NCBI GenBank assembly: GCA_022712945.1
Contig: JAFLJP010000057.1
Span: forward strand, 35,449 to 99,448
DNA length: 64,000 bases
Direction: 5' to 3'
Source: Gammaproteobacteria bacterium
GTDB lineage: Bacteria; Pseudomonadota; Gammaproteobacteria; RBG-16-57-12
In this document: positions 39,460 through 49,740 of the stretch, one piece after another
How positions within the stretch are numbered: the stretch's first letter is position 1
Layout of the letters: each line of letters begins with the position of its first letter
Program-made: the position numbers and the translations under genes
Notes under the pieces: generated by a model
Databases searched by the model: none
What the model saw: only the letters and a program-made list of their open reading frames with translations
What the model was told of the DNA's origin: nothing

Positions 39460-40300
39460 TCAAAATAAAGTTCCTGATACCGGGCATGAGTGGGATGGTA
39501 TCCGCGAACTGACAAACCCACCGCCACGCTGGTGGAATATTGCATTCATTATGAGCTTTGTATGGTTGGTGGCATATATCATCATCTATCCATCCATTCC
39601 TCTAGTGAATGATTACACCAAAGGCGTCACTGGCTGGACCGCGCTGCAAGAGTATAAAGATGCCGTTGCTGCGAATGATGCTATTCGTGCGCCATACATC
39701 GCAAAGTTAGAGAAGATGAGTGCTGAAGAGATCCTTGGGGATCAAGAGATGAAAAACTTCGCCAACTCTTATACTAATGCGTTGTTTGGTGATCGGTGTG
39801 CATCGTGTCACGGTTCAAATGGACAGGGCGTTGAGAAAATGTTCCCTGTGCTGAATGACGATGACTGGTTGTACGGTGGCACCTTGCAGGATATAACAGA
39901 CACCATCGTAGATGGTCGTGTTGGTTTTATGTCTGCATTTCAGGGGCAACTTGATGAAGCAGAGATAGGTCAGCTTGCTGATTTTGTAATGAATGTTTCA
40001 TCTGGTAGCGCGACTCAAGCTGGTTGGGATGCATATAACAATGCAGGTTGCTCAGGTTGTCACGGTGAAGATGCGAAAGGGAACAAGTGGGTTGGCGCTG
40101 CTAACCTGACCGATGGTATCTGGCGCTTCGGCAGCAGCCGTGATGACGTTCTTAAGACTATCAAATTTGGTGTAAACCAAGATGGTGTTAAAGGTACTCA
40201 GAGTGGCGTAATGCCCGGCTTTGGTGAGATGTTGTCAGCGAACGACATCAAACTTCTAACCATTAGAGTTTGGTCTCTAGGTGGCGGTCAAACTGAGTGA
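39446..40300 (+). CDS. ccoP: cbb3 oxidase subunit III (diheme c)
   Basis: Has an N-terminal TM helix and two CXXCH sites (CASCHG, CSGCHG). The start at 39446 follows a GGGAG RBS. The ORF track alternative is 39431. Confidence 0.9.
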   Translation: MAETNQNKVPDTGHEWDGIRELTNPPPRWWNIAFIMSFVWLVAYIIIYPSIPLVNDYTKGVTGWTALQEYKDAVAANDAIRAPYIAKLEKMSAEEILGDQEMKNFANSYTNALFGDRCASCHGSNGQGVEKMFPVLNDDDWLYGGTLQDITDTIVDGRVGFMSAFQGQLDEAEIGQLADFVMNVSSGSATQAGWDAYNNAGCSGCHGEDAKGNKWVGAANLTDGIWRFGSSRDDVLKTIKFGVNQDGVKGTQSGVMPGFGEMLSANDIKLLTIRVWSLGGGQTE

Positions 40301-40355
40301 TCTCTTGTTGAGAGGGGCTTGTCTCCTCTCATTTCTATGAAATAAGGAGATAGAA

Positions 40356-40472
40356 ATGGATGCAGTAGCAATTTTAGCAATACTGAGTGCAGTCGTATCT
40401 GCCATTATTTTCGTTGTCATGATTATTAAAGGCATTGCCTTGGTTAATCAGGATCCACCCGAAGAGAAATGA
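40356..40472 (+). CDS. Unannotated 38-aa single-TM ORF between ccoP and ccoG
   Basis: MDAVAILAILSAVVSAIIFVVMIIKGIALVNQDPPEEK. AGGAGA lies 6 nt upstream and a strong terminator follows. It is below the ORF-track size cut-off. Confidence 0.35.
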   Translation: MDAVAILAILSAVVSAIIFVVMIIKGIALVNQDPPEEK

Positions 40473-40493
40473 AGATTGATTGCAGTGATGAAT

Positions 40494-40526
40494 AAAGGGG
40501 CTTTTAAAGCCCCTTTATTTTTTATA
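40494..40526 (+). terminator. Rho-independent terminator
   Basis: 'aaaggggcttttaaagcccctttatttttt' forms a GC-rich stem plus T-run. Confidence 0.7.
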
Positions 40527-40598
40527 GCTATATAAAAAAACTGACCGAGTATAGTATTGGCGCATAGATTAACGGCTATGTGATGAGTGGGGGTTTAG

Positions 40599-42020
40599 GT
40601 GAGCGAGCAAAACAAGTCGAATCAAAGGAGTGAGGGTTTAGGTGAGCTTTACGAAGAGTCTCATCACGTTAATGTGGGGGGGGAGACGATTCATGCTAAA
40701 CGTATGGGTGGCCGTTTTCGTCAATATAAAGATCTAGTCTGGCTCTTTTGGATCGGCTATCTTGTGTTACCTTTTTTGCGTGTGAATGGTGAGCAGATTG
40801 TTCTATTCGATATTCCCGCACGGCAGTTTCATTTCTTTGGCGCTACCATCTATCCTCAGGATATCTGGATGCTCTCCTTTGTTCTTGTTCTTTTAGCGAT
40901 GATGCTCTTTGGTATTACCGCTATCGCAGGCCGCGTCTTCTGTGGTTTTTTCTGCTTTCAAACTGTATGGACAGATTGGTTTGTCTGGATCGAAGAGAAA
41001 ATTGAAGGCACGCCACGACAGCGACGTAAATTAGATGAGTCATCATGGAACAGTGAAAAAATAACCAAACGTGGTACGAAGTACGCAATATGGTCTTTGA
41101 TCTCTCTGGTTACCGGTATCAGCTTTGCTGCTTATTTTATGGATTCCTATGAGTTGCTAAAAGACTTAGTGACCTTTGATGCCCATATTGCCGCCTGGAC
41201 AACGCTGATATTGTTTTTTCTGGGTACCTTTATCCTTGCTGGTTTTATGCGTGAGCAGGTCTGTTTTTGGTTATGCCCTTACGCACGAATCCAGTCTGTT
41301 ATGGTGGATCGTGACTCTATTATCCCCTCTTATGATATTGCCCGTGGAGAGCCGCGTGGTAAGCTTAAAAAGGGTGTAAATGATGACCGAAAAGGTGATT
41401 GTGTCGATTGCAATCAGTGTGTAGTTGTCTGCCCGACAGGTGTTGATATTCGTGAAAGTGCTTTGCAGGAAGGCTGCATTATGTGTGGCCTCTGTGTTGA
41501 TGCTTGCGATACGGTGATGGAAAAAATTGGCAAGCCAAAAGAGTTAATTCGTTACGCATCGGACAATGAGATGCAGGGCCAAGCTCAACCTGCACTGCTG
41601 AAGCGCCCCAGAGTCATCATCTACCTGGCTATCTCTCTCGCATCAATATTGGCGATTATTTATGGTTTGGCCAGCATCCCGGCATTGGAGCTGCACGTCG
41701 TACACGAACGTCAACCGCTCTATGTGAAAATGTCTGATGGCTCGATACAAAATACCTATACCATCAAGATCTTAAATAAATTACCCGAAGCGCTTGATGT
41801 TAAGGTGACCATTGAAGGTGTTGCGGGTGCTGATATTATTGATTTGCCCGACGTGTTGACCCTGGATACGGCCAAGGTGGTTCCTTATACTATCCGTATT
41901 AAAGCGCAACAGGCGGGTATGGCAGGGGATAATGTGCCAGTTATATTCAAAGTTGAGGCACTGAATGATCCCAGTATAAACGAAGAGTATGAAAGCTTTT
42001 TTATTGGCCCATCTCGATAG
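40599..42020 (+). CDS. ccoG: Cytochrome c oxidase accessory protein CcoG (polyferredoxin)
   Basis: Has several TM helices, two 4Fe-4S motifs (CVDCNQCVVVCP; CIMCGLCVDAC), and a C-terminal FixG-like domain. Confidence 0.9.
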   Translation: MSEQNKSNQRSEGLGELYEESHHVNVGGETIHAKRMGGRFRQYKDLVWLFWIGYLVLPFLRVNGEQIVLFDIPARQFHFFGATIYPQDIWMLSFVLVLLAMMLFGITAIAGRVFCGFFCFQTVWTDWFVWIEEKIEGTPRQRRKLDESSWNSEKITKRGTKYAIWSLISLVTGISFAAYFMDSYELLKDLVTFDAHIAAWTTLILFFLGTFILAGFMREQVCFWLCPYARIQSVMVDRDSIIPSYDIARGEPRGKLKKGVNDDRKGDCVDCNQCVVVCPTGVDIRESALQEGCIMCGLCVDACDTVMEKIGKPKELIRYASDNEMQGQAQPALLKRPRVIIYLAISLASILAIIYGLASIPALELHVVHERQPLYVKMSDGSIQNTYTIKILNKLPEALDVKVTIEGVAGADIIDLPDVLTLDTAKVVPYTIRIKAQQAGMAGDNVPVIFKVEALNDPSINEEYESFFIGPSR

Positions 42021-42220
42021 GAAAGTTCTGAATAAGGAACGAGCACGGAATAACTTATGCAATTATGACGTAGAAATTTTGCTCCCGTTCAAACCAACTC
42101 AAGAGGCGCATAGCTGGCCTACGTAACGATTGAGATCGTTTGAACTGGGGTAAAAGAGCAAGTCAGAATGTAGAAGTTATTTCGTGATCGTTCCTAAGTC
42201 ATGATTTATTCAGAGCTTCC
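42021..42220. mobile_element. Composite: a 38-bp MITE2 mini-variant (TSD ATAG) carrying a nested MITE3 (42036-42194, TSD TAA)
   Basis: 'gaaagttctgaataa | MITE3 | taagtcatgatttattcagagcttcc' is flanked by ATAG at 42017-42020 and 42221-42224. MITE3 duplicated the TAA of 'ctgaaTAAgtcatg', which is seen intact in MITE2 at 15104-15261. The ccoG stop TAG lies inside the ATAG TSD. Confidence 0.85.
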
Positions 42221-42234
42221 ATAGGTAGGGTATA

Positions 42235-42783
42235 GTGAATAAAGGTAATAAGGGTGTATCTGTGAAAGAGAACGAAACTGACGATGTAATACGTGTGCCA
42301 GCGTGGAAAAGCCCTTGGGTTTGGGGGATGGCGATACTGGTGACAACGATGCTTGTTGTCAACTTTACCATGATCACTATTGGTCTAAATACGCATACCG
42401 GCTTGGTTGTAGATGACTTTTACGCGAAGGGAAAGGCTTACCTGCATGAGGAGGTAAAGCACAACGAAGCTGAGCAACGTCTGCAATGGCGTATGGTTTT
42501 AAAAGAGCCCAGTACACCAAAGCTTAATCAACTACAGCAGTACCAGTTTATTTTGAAAGATAAGCAGGGTGAGCCGATTAGTGATGCAGCGGTTGAGCTG
42601 TACGTTTATCGGGTAAATGATGCGAGCAAAGATTTTTCGATGCGGATGAAGGAAATTAGGGCCGGTGTTTATGTGGCCGAAGCTGAGTTTAAACTGCCGG
42701 GGCATTGGGATTTGATTGTGTCGGCAGTTAAAAGTGAGGAAGATCAACTTGATCTTGCGCGACGTATCTTTGTCCAGGATTGA
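42235..42783 (+). CDS. ccoH: FixH/CcoH family protein
   Basis: 182 aa with a single N-terminal TM helix and a periplasmic domain. It sits between ccoG and ccoI, as in canonical clusters. GTG start. Confidence 0.75.
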   Translation: MNKGNKGVSVKENETDDVIRVPAWKSPWVWGMAILVTTMLVVNFTMITIGLNTHTGLVVDDFYAKGKAYLHEEVKHNEAEQRLQWRMVLKEPSTPKLNQLQQYQFILKDKQGEPISDAAVELYVYRVNDASKDFSMRMKEIRAGVYVAEAEFKLPGHWDLIVSAVKSEEDQLDLARRIFVQD

Positions 42784-45269
42784 GTGCTCACAGCAGAATG
42801 GGTAGTCAGGTTGATAGCTGCTTTCACTGTAGCCTGGAGATCAAGTCGGGTTCGCTGGAGCAAGTTGAGATTAATGACCAGCTTGAGCGTTTCTGCTGCT
42901 CGGGTTGTGCACTGGTTTGCCAAGCCATCCACGACTCGGGTCTGGATGGCTTTTATCAGCGTGTTAGGGAGAGGGAGCTGGCACCACCTCCTGAGCTTCT
43001 TGGTAATCTTGCACAGTATGATCTTGAAGATATTCAACAGGACTTTGTTAAGGTAAATGGTACTCGGCGTGAGGCGATTCTGCTTGTTGAGGGGATCCAC
43101 TGTGCGGCTTGTGTCTGGCTGATTGAGCGTGCACTGGCCCCTCTGGAGGGTGTGCTTGAGGCTGAGGTCAATCTAGCTCACCACCGTCTTCGTCTCCGTT
43201 GGGACGATGCAAAAGTAAAACTCTCCGTGGTTCTAAAGCGACTGGCAGCTATCGGCTATTCCGCTGTTCCTTTTGACATGGAAAAACTGGAAGGGCAACA
43301 GCAAAAAGAGAACCGCGCCTTACTCTATCGCATGGCCTTTGCCGGTTTTGGTGCGATGAATATGATGTGGCTCTCTATCTCGATCTATGCCGCTGATATG
43401 TCGGCATCAGGTATGGATCTGGATCATCGTCACTTCTTGCAATGGATAAGTCTGCTGCTTGCAACACCGGTTTTACTCTATTCTGGCTGGCCTTTCTTGA
43501 AAGGTGCGCTGAGCGGTCTCCGTTACCGACAAATGACCATGGATCTACCCATCGCCATCGGTGTGGTGGTGACCTATCTCTATTCCGCATGGGCGACCAT
43601 TAATAATCACGTCGATGTCTATTTTGAAACCGTGGTGAGCTTCCTGTTTATCATTCTGGTGGGGCGATATATTGAAAGGGTAACCCGCCGCAACGCCACA
43701 TCAGCCACCAGCCGCCTGATGGAGTTGCAGCCTCGCTCGGCAACACTATTGGTTGATGGCGAAGAGACGCTGGTGGCGGTGCGCCAGTTACAGGTTGGCG
43801 ACAGAGTGATTATTCGTCCAGGTGAACGAATTCCTGTTGATGGTGTAGTGACCGAGGGTGCCAGCGATGTGAATGAATCGATGCTGACAGGTGAGGCGCT
43901 GCCAGTGAAAAAGTCGATTGGTGGCAAGGTGGTTGCGGGCAGTGTTAATAGCCAGGGAACGCTGGTGGTTGAGGTGGTGGGTATTGGTCAGCAGACCGCG
44001 CTCTCGAAAATTATTCATCTTGTCGAAGCGGCGCAAGGGTCAAAAGCGCCGATTCAAAGTATGACCGACCGGGTTGTTCCCTGGTTTGTTCTCACCACGC
44101 TATTGTTGGCTAGTGGAACCTTTATCTATTGGGCATCTACGGCTGACTATGATGTGGCTATGTTGGCGGCGGTCTCTGTGCTGATTATCACCTGCCCCTG
44201 CGCATTTGGCTTGGCCACGCCGATGAGTATTGCGGTGAGCGTTGGCCATGGTGCAAAAAATGGCCTACTGATTCGCAATGGTGCGGCACTGGAGACACTG
44301 GCGGGTGTTGATCATGTGGTTTTTGATAAAACCGGGACAATCACCCAAGGCCGCATGAGTGTTGGTGAAGTGATTCTTAATCAAGTGGCTGGGGTTAATC
44401 GTGAGCAGTTGTTGAGTTATGCGCTACTGGCAGAATCCCGTTCTGAGCATCTGGTTGCACGGGCGATTGTTCAATATGCAAAGGATCAAGGTATCTCCAC
44501 GCAAAGTGCTTCACCAGATAGTTTTACCAGTCTGCCTGGGCTTGGTGTGGTGGTTGAGGCTGACGGGCGGATTATTCAACTGGGTAGTCGGCGTCTGCTT
44601 GATCACTTAAATATTGTTTTCCCCCGAGACCTGCTGAGTACCTACGATGAAATAGAATCCTCAATGGGCGTGGCAGTGGTGGTAATGGTTGATGGTGTTG
44701 TGCTCGGCATTATCAGTGTGTTTGATCAAATTCGTGATAGTGCGGCTGCCTTAATCTGCGCGCTTAACGAACGAAATATTGGTGTGACTCTGCTGACTGG
44801 GGATAGCCAAGCGGCGGCGGATGCCGTAGCTAAAAAATTGGGCGGCACGTTGGAGGTCATCGCCGAGGTATTGCCGCAGGATAAAGACCAAGTTATCGAT
44901 ACATTGCAAAAACAGGGAAAGTCGGTGGTAATGGTTGGTGATGGGGTGAATGATGCGCCTGCATTGGCACGGGCAGATGTGGGTATTGCCATGGGCTCAG
45001 GCACGGATGTCTCGCTGGAGTGCGCTGACATGGTGTTGATGAGCAATCAATTGATGCGCCTCTTGTTTGCATTGGATCTGGCTCAGCAGACGATTAGAAC
45101 CATAAAACAAAATATCAACCTATCACTGGGATATAATGTTATCGTGGTGCCCACGGCGATGAGTGCCAGCTTGACCCCAGTGTTTGCTTCAATTGCGATG
45201 CCGATAAGCTCATTGCTGGTTATCGGCAATGCTATTTTAATCAAACGCCGTGCCAAGCTTAAAGAATAG
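42780..45269 (+). CDS. ccoI: Copper-translocating P1B-type ATPase CcoI/FixI
   Basis: Has an N-terminal CxxC metal-binding region, the CPC motif ([12 protein letters not shown]), DKTGTIT and [10 protein letters not shown]. It overlaps fixH by 4 nt. Confidence 0.9.
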   Translation: MSAHSRMGSQVDSCFHCSLEIKSGSLEQVEINDQLERFCCSGCALVCQAIHDSGLDGFYQRVRERELAPPPELLGNLAQYDLEDIQQDFVKVNGTRREAILLVEGIHCAACVWLIERALAPLEGVLEAEVNLAHHRLRLRWDDAKVKLSVVLKRLAAIGYSAVPFDMEKLEGQQQKENRALLYRMAFAGFGAMNMMWLSISIYAADMSASGMDLDHRHFLQWISLLLATPVLLYSGWPFLKGALSGLRYRQMTMDLPIAIGVVVTYLYSAWATINNHVDVYFETVVSFLFIILVGRYIERVTRRNATSATSRLMELQPRSATLLVDGEETLVAVRQLQVGDRVIIRPGERIPVDGVVTEGASDVNESMLTGEALPVKKSIGGKVVAGSVNSQGTLVVEVVGIGQQTALSKIIHLVEAAQGSKAPIQSMTDRVVPWFVLTTLLLASGTFIYWASTADYDVAMLAAVSVLIITCPCAFGLATPMSIAVSVGHGAKNGLLIRNGAALETLAGVDHVVFDKTGTITQGRMSVGEVILNQVAGVNREQLLSYALLAESRSEHLVARAIVQYAKDQGISTQSASPDSFTSLPGLGVVVEADGRIIQLGSRRLLDHLNIVFPRDLLSTYDEIESSMGVAVVVMVDGVVLGIISVFDQIRDSAAALICALNERNIGVTLLTGDSQAAADAVAKKLGGTLEVIAEVLPQDKDQVIDTLQKQGKSVVMVGDGVNDAPALARADVGIAMGSGTDVSLECADMVLMSNQLMRLLFALDLAQQTIRTIKQNINLSLGYNVIVVPTAMSASLTPVFASIAMPISSLLVIGNAILIKRRAKLKE

Positions 45270-45278
45270 GAGAGAAGT

Positions 45279-45470
45279 ATGGATGTTATCTATGCATTAT
45301 TGCCCGCGATGATTATGCTTGCACTGGTGAGTGTGGTGGTCTTTTTCTGGGCAGCTCGGGCTGGGCAGTATGATGATCTTGAAGGGCCTGCTCATCGAAT
45401 TCTCGATGATGATGATGACCCGCTGCTTCCGGTTTACAAACGACGCGATGAAAAGAAAGAAGCAGAGTAG
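45279..45470 (+). CDS. ccoS: cbb3 oxidase maturation protein CcoS/FixS
   Basis: 63 aa. MDVIYALLPAMIMLALVSVVVFFWAARAGQYDDLEGPAHRILDDDDD is the CcoS signature. Confidence 0.85.
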   Translation: MDVIYALLPAMIMLALVSVVVFFWAARAGQYDDLEGPAHRILDDDDDPLLPVYKRRDEKKEAE

Positions 45471-45512
45471 CGACGACGCAACATACGTTATTCGACAACA
45501 ACCTGGGGGTAA

Positions 45513-46025
45513 ATGATGTCAGAATCAGAATATAGTCAGCAGGAACTGAAGGCCGCACAACTTCCGCATCAACTATTTTTGTTTAATATGGTGGGGAATC
45601 ATATTCTTTTAACCATTATTGCACTGAGCAACTCGACCATTCCCTGGTTGGCGCTGGGTGTCCCTGTTATCTCCCTGTTTATTGTTGGTTATACCTTTAT
45701 TCGTGGTATGAGCCAAAAAAATCATGAAAGTGAGTTTGTGCGCTGTCACTGGCGCATGGTGATAAAACGCACCAAACTGTTCATGATTGCTTACGCGTTG
45801 CTGGGTACCGCCATTGCTATCGCCTGGCTTGTTCACAACTCTATCGCCATAAAAGAGATGGCCTATGCCATTGTTGGTGGGTTGGGTATTTTGCCTACGA
45901 TGGTTTTGGTGCTTGTTTTGACGGTGATGGAGTCAGAGTCACTGAATAAAGCAACGAAGGGTATTCTGGATGATAGTGATCGTAAAAAGTTTTTAGGTGA
46001 AACACCGGTAGCGGAGGCTGAATAG
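45513..46025 (+). CDS. Membrane protein, function unknown (downstream of ccoS)
   Basis: 170 aa with 4 predicted TM helices. No recognisable motif. Confidence 0.4.
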   Translation: MMSESEYSQQELKAAQLPHQLFLFNMVGNHILLTIIALSNSTIPWLALGVPVISLFIVGYTFIRGMSQKNHESEFVRCHWRMVIKRTKLFMIAYALLGTAIAIAWLVHNSIAIKEMAYAIVGGLGILPTMVLVLVLTVMESESLNKATKGILDDSDRKKFLGETPVAEAE

Positions 46026-46048
46026 CCTCCCTTCATATCGCCGTTGTT

Positions 46049-46159
46049 TTAATCCGGACTACGTTTGTCGCCATCGCTACGGTCTGGTTTTTTACGAAGA
46101 GCCCAATAAACCAAGCCTAGCAGCCCGAAAATGATGGCTAATTCAATAAAAGCGCCCAT
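46049..46159 (-). CDS. Unannotated 36-aa single-TM ORF
   Basis: MGAFIELAIIFGLLGLVYWALRKKPDRSDGDKRSPD. AGGAGA lies 6 nt upstream of the ATG. It sits just upstream of ycgN on the same strand. Confidence 0.3.
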   Translation of the reverse strand: MGAFIELAIIFGLLGLVYWALRKKPDRSDGDKRSPD

Positions 46160-46192
46160 GTTATTCTCCTGATAAATTAGTCTCCTGTTATG

Positions 46193-46681
46193 TTAACAGG
46201 AGCATTCTACCTCGTGCAGCTTTAATTTTTGCAATAGCTCCTCTTCAGTAATAATGAAGTCTGCATGTTCCCAGTCACCCAGTTCACTTTCATGAATTAC
46301 CTTGCCACTGATCGATCTGTTAGCCTCATGGAGGCTCTCTTCTTTTCCACTGACAAGTGGGTGCCATGGCAGCAGCGGTTCACCGTACGCCAGTCGTTTG
46401 TAAGCGCAGGTGCTTGGTAGCCACTCTGCTGTCTCAGCCAGTTCGGGTGTAATTTGAATGCAATCGGGTGCCAATGAAAAGCGGTTTTCATAATCACTGC
46501 ACCGTGCAGTGCATTTGTCCAATAAGTTACAGGCAACGCGGGTTAGGTAGATATCACCGGTATCCTCATCTTCAAGTTTGTTAAGGCAGCAAAGCCCACA
46601 ACCATCACAAAGCTGCTCCCACTGTGCCGCATTCATCTCTCTGAGTGGCGTTTGTCGCCAAAAATGGAGTGTATGACTCAT
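46193..46681 (-). CDS. ycgN: YcgN-family cysteine-cluster protein (UPF0260)
   Basis: FWRQTPLREMNAAQWEQLCDGCGLCCLNKLED... is colinear with E. coli YcgN. Confidence 0.85.
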   Translation of the reverse strand: MSHTLHFWRQTPLREMNAAQWEQLCDGCGLCCLNKLEDEDTGDIYLTRVACNLLDKCTARCSDYENRFSLAPDCIQITPELAETAEWLPSTCAYKRLAYGEPLLPWHPLVSGKEESLHEANRSISGKVIHESELGDWEHADFIITEEELLQKLKLHEVECSC

Positions 46682-47109
46682 TTGCTTGAATTTTTCGGTG
46701 TGAATTCGTCACCCAGTGTGTTGACTAGTTGCCGAATGACAAGTGCTTGTTCTTCAATTGTGTAGGGGTGAGCGCGGTGTCGGCCCCAAATGGGTGCGGG
46801 CCAGGATGGATCATCCTGATAACGTACCACATGGTGAATGTGCAGCTGTTTGACAATGTTACCTAAGGCCGCGATGTTGATTTTATCGCTATTAAACGTT
46901 GTGGCTAGAGATCTGGATAATTGGCTGGACTCACGGGTAAGCTGTTGTTGCTCTTTATCGCTGAGCTGAAAAATTTCGCTTACATCGTGTTTTTTCGGTA
47001 CCAGAATAAACCAAGGATAGTTTGCATCATTCATCAGTAGCAACAGACTGAGCTGAAATGTACCGACAATGATGCAATCTTTATTAAGTGTTGGGTCAAG
47101 CTGAAACAC
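46678..47109 (-). CDS. HIT-family hydrolase
   Basis: Carries the histidine triad LHIHHVV. 143 aa. It overlaps ycgN by 4 nt. Confidence 0.8.
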   Translation of the reverse strand: MFQLDPTLNKDCIIVGTFQLSLLLLMNDANYPWFILVPKKHDVSEIFQLSDKEQQQLTRESSQLSRSLATTFNSDKINIAALGNIVKQLHIHHVVRYQDDPSWPAPIWGRHRAHPYTIEEQALVIRQLVNTLGDEFTPKNSSK

Positions 47110-47300
47110 GTTGGATTCCTGTTTTTTGTGGCGAATTAAGTAGCGTCGGTGTTATTTTACGATGATCCTGTGAAATATAATAGCGACAACCCAAAGCCAC
47201 TAATAGTGGCAGCGATATCGGTATTGTTTGCGTGATCCTTTTTTTAGGCTTATTTTAATGAGATGGGTAGAACTTAAGTGAACAGAAAAGAGGGAGCGAT

Positions 47301-47960
47301 ATGCTATCACGTGCATTAAACTTAATGGTGGGTGCTAGCCTCAAAATTGAGCCAAAAAATGGTGATTCCTGCTATTTGGTTGAATTGATCGGTTATATGA
47401 CAGATCAGAGTTTGATGGTGACACCGGCATACGGTGATGACAGTGTCAGTATGCTTAAAGAGGGAGATAAACTGGCGGTGCGGTACCTAGGGAGTGACAA
47501 AAGTTATGCTTTCTACAGCAAGGTGATTTACGTGTGCGACAAACCCTACCCTTATTTGCACTTGGAGTACCCAAAGGGTGTTCAAGGGTTATCTGCACGG
47601 CGTGCCAGTCGAGTGCCCATTGAGGGCCCTGTCATGCGCTTGAATATCTGTGATGATGGTCGGCAGCTCTCTGTGACCATGGCGGACATCAGTACACATG
47701 GTGCTCGTTTTATCTCATCGAGTCGACTGGGCGGTCGAGGTGATGAATTTGTTATTGAAATGCCAGATATCGGGCAAGCTGTAGGGAAGGGGTTGTCTCT
47801 GCCTTGTGTTGTTCGGCATGTGTGTGAGCAGTACCCCGATGCGATGGGGGTTGCCACAACCTTCCACCATGGTGTTGAGTTTGACCATTTGGATGAAGCT
47901 GCGCAGCTTTTTATTGCTCGCTTTATCAAGGACAGCATTACCCGTACCGGGGTGCGTTAA
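47301..47960 (+). CDS. PilZ-domain c-di-GMP receptor (YcgR-like)
   Basis: Has an RxxxR motif (RRASRVP) and a D-x-S-x-x-G motif (DISTHGARF) about 30 aa apart. The N-terminal domain is YcgR-N-like. Confidence 0.7.
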   Translation: MLSRALNLMVGASLKIEPKNGDSCYLVELIGYMTDQSLMVTPAYGDDSVSMLKEGDKLAVRYLGSDKSYAFYSKVIYVCDKPYPYLHLEYPKGVQGLSARRASRVPIEGPVMRLNICDDGRQLSVTMADISTHGARFISSSRLGGRGDEFVIEMPDIGQAVGKGLSLPCVVRHVCEQYPDAMGVATTFHHGVEFDHLDEAAQLFIARFIKDSITRTGVR

Positions 47961-47974
47961 ATCGGAGGGAAGTT

Positions 47975-48415
47975 ATGCTTGTTGATATTATTATTGCGTT
48001 ATCTGCGGCTATTGCCGGGTTTTTAATTGGTCGCTCCTATAGCGGTGAGTCAAAGCAGGCTATGCAAGCGAATGAACAGCGATTGGCAGAGGCAGAGCAG
48101 GCATTGGCAGGCTATCGTGAAAAAGTGACCGAGCATTTTCAGGGGACGGCGCAACTTGTCGAGCGAATGAATGAGAATTATCGGGAGGTTTATCAGCACC
48201 TTGCCGAAGGTGCGCAGCAGTTAACCGATTGTGAAACAACCCTTAAGGCAGCGTATCCGCCTATGATTTCTGAACAATCAGCGGATGCGTTACCGGTAGG
48301 GGTGGCGGCATCTCACGAAGCACAGGCCGAGTCAGCTACAGAAACGCCGGAAAAAAGGGCGGATGAAAGTGAGCTGCGCGATCCGGCAGCCTCGGCGAGA
48401 CAGGCTGGCTTTTAA
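47975..48415 (+). CDS. yhcB: YhcB/ZapG (DUF1043) inner-membrane protein
   Basis: An N-terminal TM helix, then LAGYREKVTEHFQGTAQLVERMNENYREVYQHLAEGAQQL, matching the YhcB core. Confidence 0.8.
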   Translation: MLVDIIIALSAAIAGFLIGRSYSGESKQAMQANEQRLAEAEQALAGYREKVTEHFQGTAQLVERMNENYREVYQHLAEGAQQLTDCETTLKAAYPPMISEQSADALPVGVAASHEAQAESATETPEKRADESELRDPAASARQAGF

Positions 48416-48592
48416 CCATCTATTTGGGTAACTATTCAGCGTGTTTAGGTTTTGCCTCAAATCGAGGCATTTTCGCACGGAAAGAGGGAGCATATAGGGC
48501 ATATGTAACCGATTGAGTACGAAAATAACGAAGAGTTGAGGCAAAAAATGAATACGCTGAGTAGTTACCTATTTGGTTAACTTAATATTTCT

Positions 48593-48970
48593 TTACGTAT
48601 ACAGATCAATACCGAGAGTCCGTTTGTCAGCGGTATCATCACTTGCTGCGTCACTTTGATTGTTGCTTAGCTGACGGCGCTCGCTGCCACTTCGGGTGTC
48701 GAGTATAACGGGGGTTTGATGTTGTCGGCGCTCCACACGGCGATGTTCACCCCTCTCTTCATGGGCAGGTATCGGTTTTATTTCATTGTCTGTGGTGCCC
48801 TTCAAGGTAGTTGCTTCAGGCTGAATCATTTCGTGCAGGCCAACCTTAACGGGTTGAACTTCTGGGTAGGGGTCAATTGCCGTTGCGGGTTTGGTTGCTC
48901 GGGGCTTCAGATTGTCGCTTCGCAGGTTTCGAATGCCAACGTCATCGGGCCTAATATTAAAAGAAGTCAT
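48593..48970 (-). CDS. Hypothetical low-complexity, probably disordered protein
   Basis: 125 aa counted from the second Met (GGTGGAGAG RBS). Charged and polar sequence with no motif. Confidence 0.35.
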   Translation of the reverse strand: MTSFNIRPDDVGIRNLRSDNLKPRATKPATAIDPYPEVQPVKVGLHEMIQPEATTLKGTTDNEIKPIPAHEERGEHRRVERRQHQTPVILDTRSGSERRQLSNNQSDAASDDTADKRTLGIDLYT

Positions 48971-49191
48971 ACTACTCTCCACCTATACATCACTCTCATT
49001 TTCGGGTTAGCGTCCACAAAGCCGATTTTTTCCAATAGATATTTCATATTTTAGCTATAAATCCAGTTTATCGCCAACCGTTATGATGCTTATGCCCATC
49101 CTCTCATTTTGATTAAACCCTTATTCGGGTTTGCCGATAAATTGTACAGTCCATGATTATTTTCTGGGCATTGTAAATAATGAGAGCTACC

Positions 49192-49605
49192 ATGCGAACA
49201 AAAATCTATGAGATTCCTGCCTGCTTCATAGAGACGATAGAGGTTGGTGCTGAACGTTATAACTTGATTCAATTGGCATTAAGTCGGTTGGGTGGCCCTC
49301 TGTGTTTTCCCCTGCTGGGATTGCGTCACCTGGATATGGTGCTTGAAAAAGAGAGCTGGGTTTGTATTGATCGTGGTGCACTGGATCTGCCTGTGGCCGC
49401 TTGGCATTTGTTTGAAAAAGAGAGTCACCTGAACCTTCAGTCAACGGTATTGTGTGAACTACGTCACTATCAAGCCAATACTGATATCCTGCTGCCTTAT
49501 ATCTGGATGAGCATGGAAAGCATTCTTAAAGGGTATTTATCCAACGGACACTCTCATCGTGGCGCATCAGTCGTGCCAATGTTTTCTAAAAAAACGCCAG
49601 ATTGA
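49192..49605 (+). CDS. Hypothetical protein
   Basis: 137-141 aa (start at 49180 or 49192). No recognisable motif. Confidence 0.35.
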   Translation: MRTKIYEIPACFIETIEVGAERYNLIQLALSRLGGPLCFPLLGLRHLDMVLEKESWVCIDRGALDLPVAAWHLFEKESHLNLQSTVLCELRHYQANTDILLPYIWMSMESILKGYLSNGHSHRGASVVPMFSKKTPD

Positions 49606-49694
49606 ATTCGCTCCTTTAGAACACTACGTTGTCAGCCAATGCTTGGGATGAATTGGGTCGATAAGTTGTCGTAGTGAGCGTAGAATGGTGGCGA

Positions 49695-49740
49695 TTTCAA
49701 CGGGTGTAAAACAATCATGACTTATTCTCCGTTCCTTTGG
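49695..49740. repeat. Degraded MITE2 end remnant
   Basis: 'ggcgatttcaacgggtgtaaaacaatcatgacttattctccgttcc' aligns with the MITE2 right end 'gggcgatttcagccagtataaaataatcatgacttgttcagagcttcc'. Confidence 0.4.
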
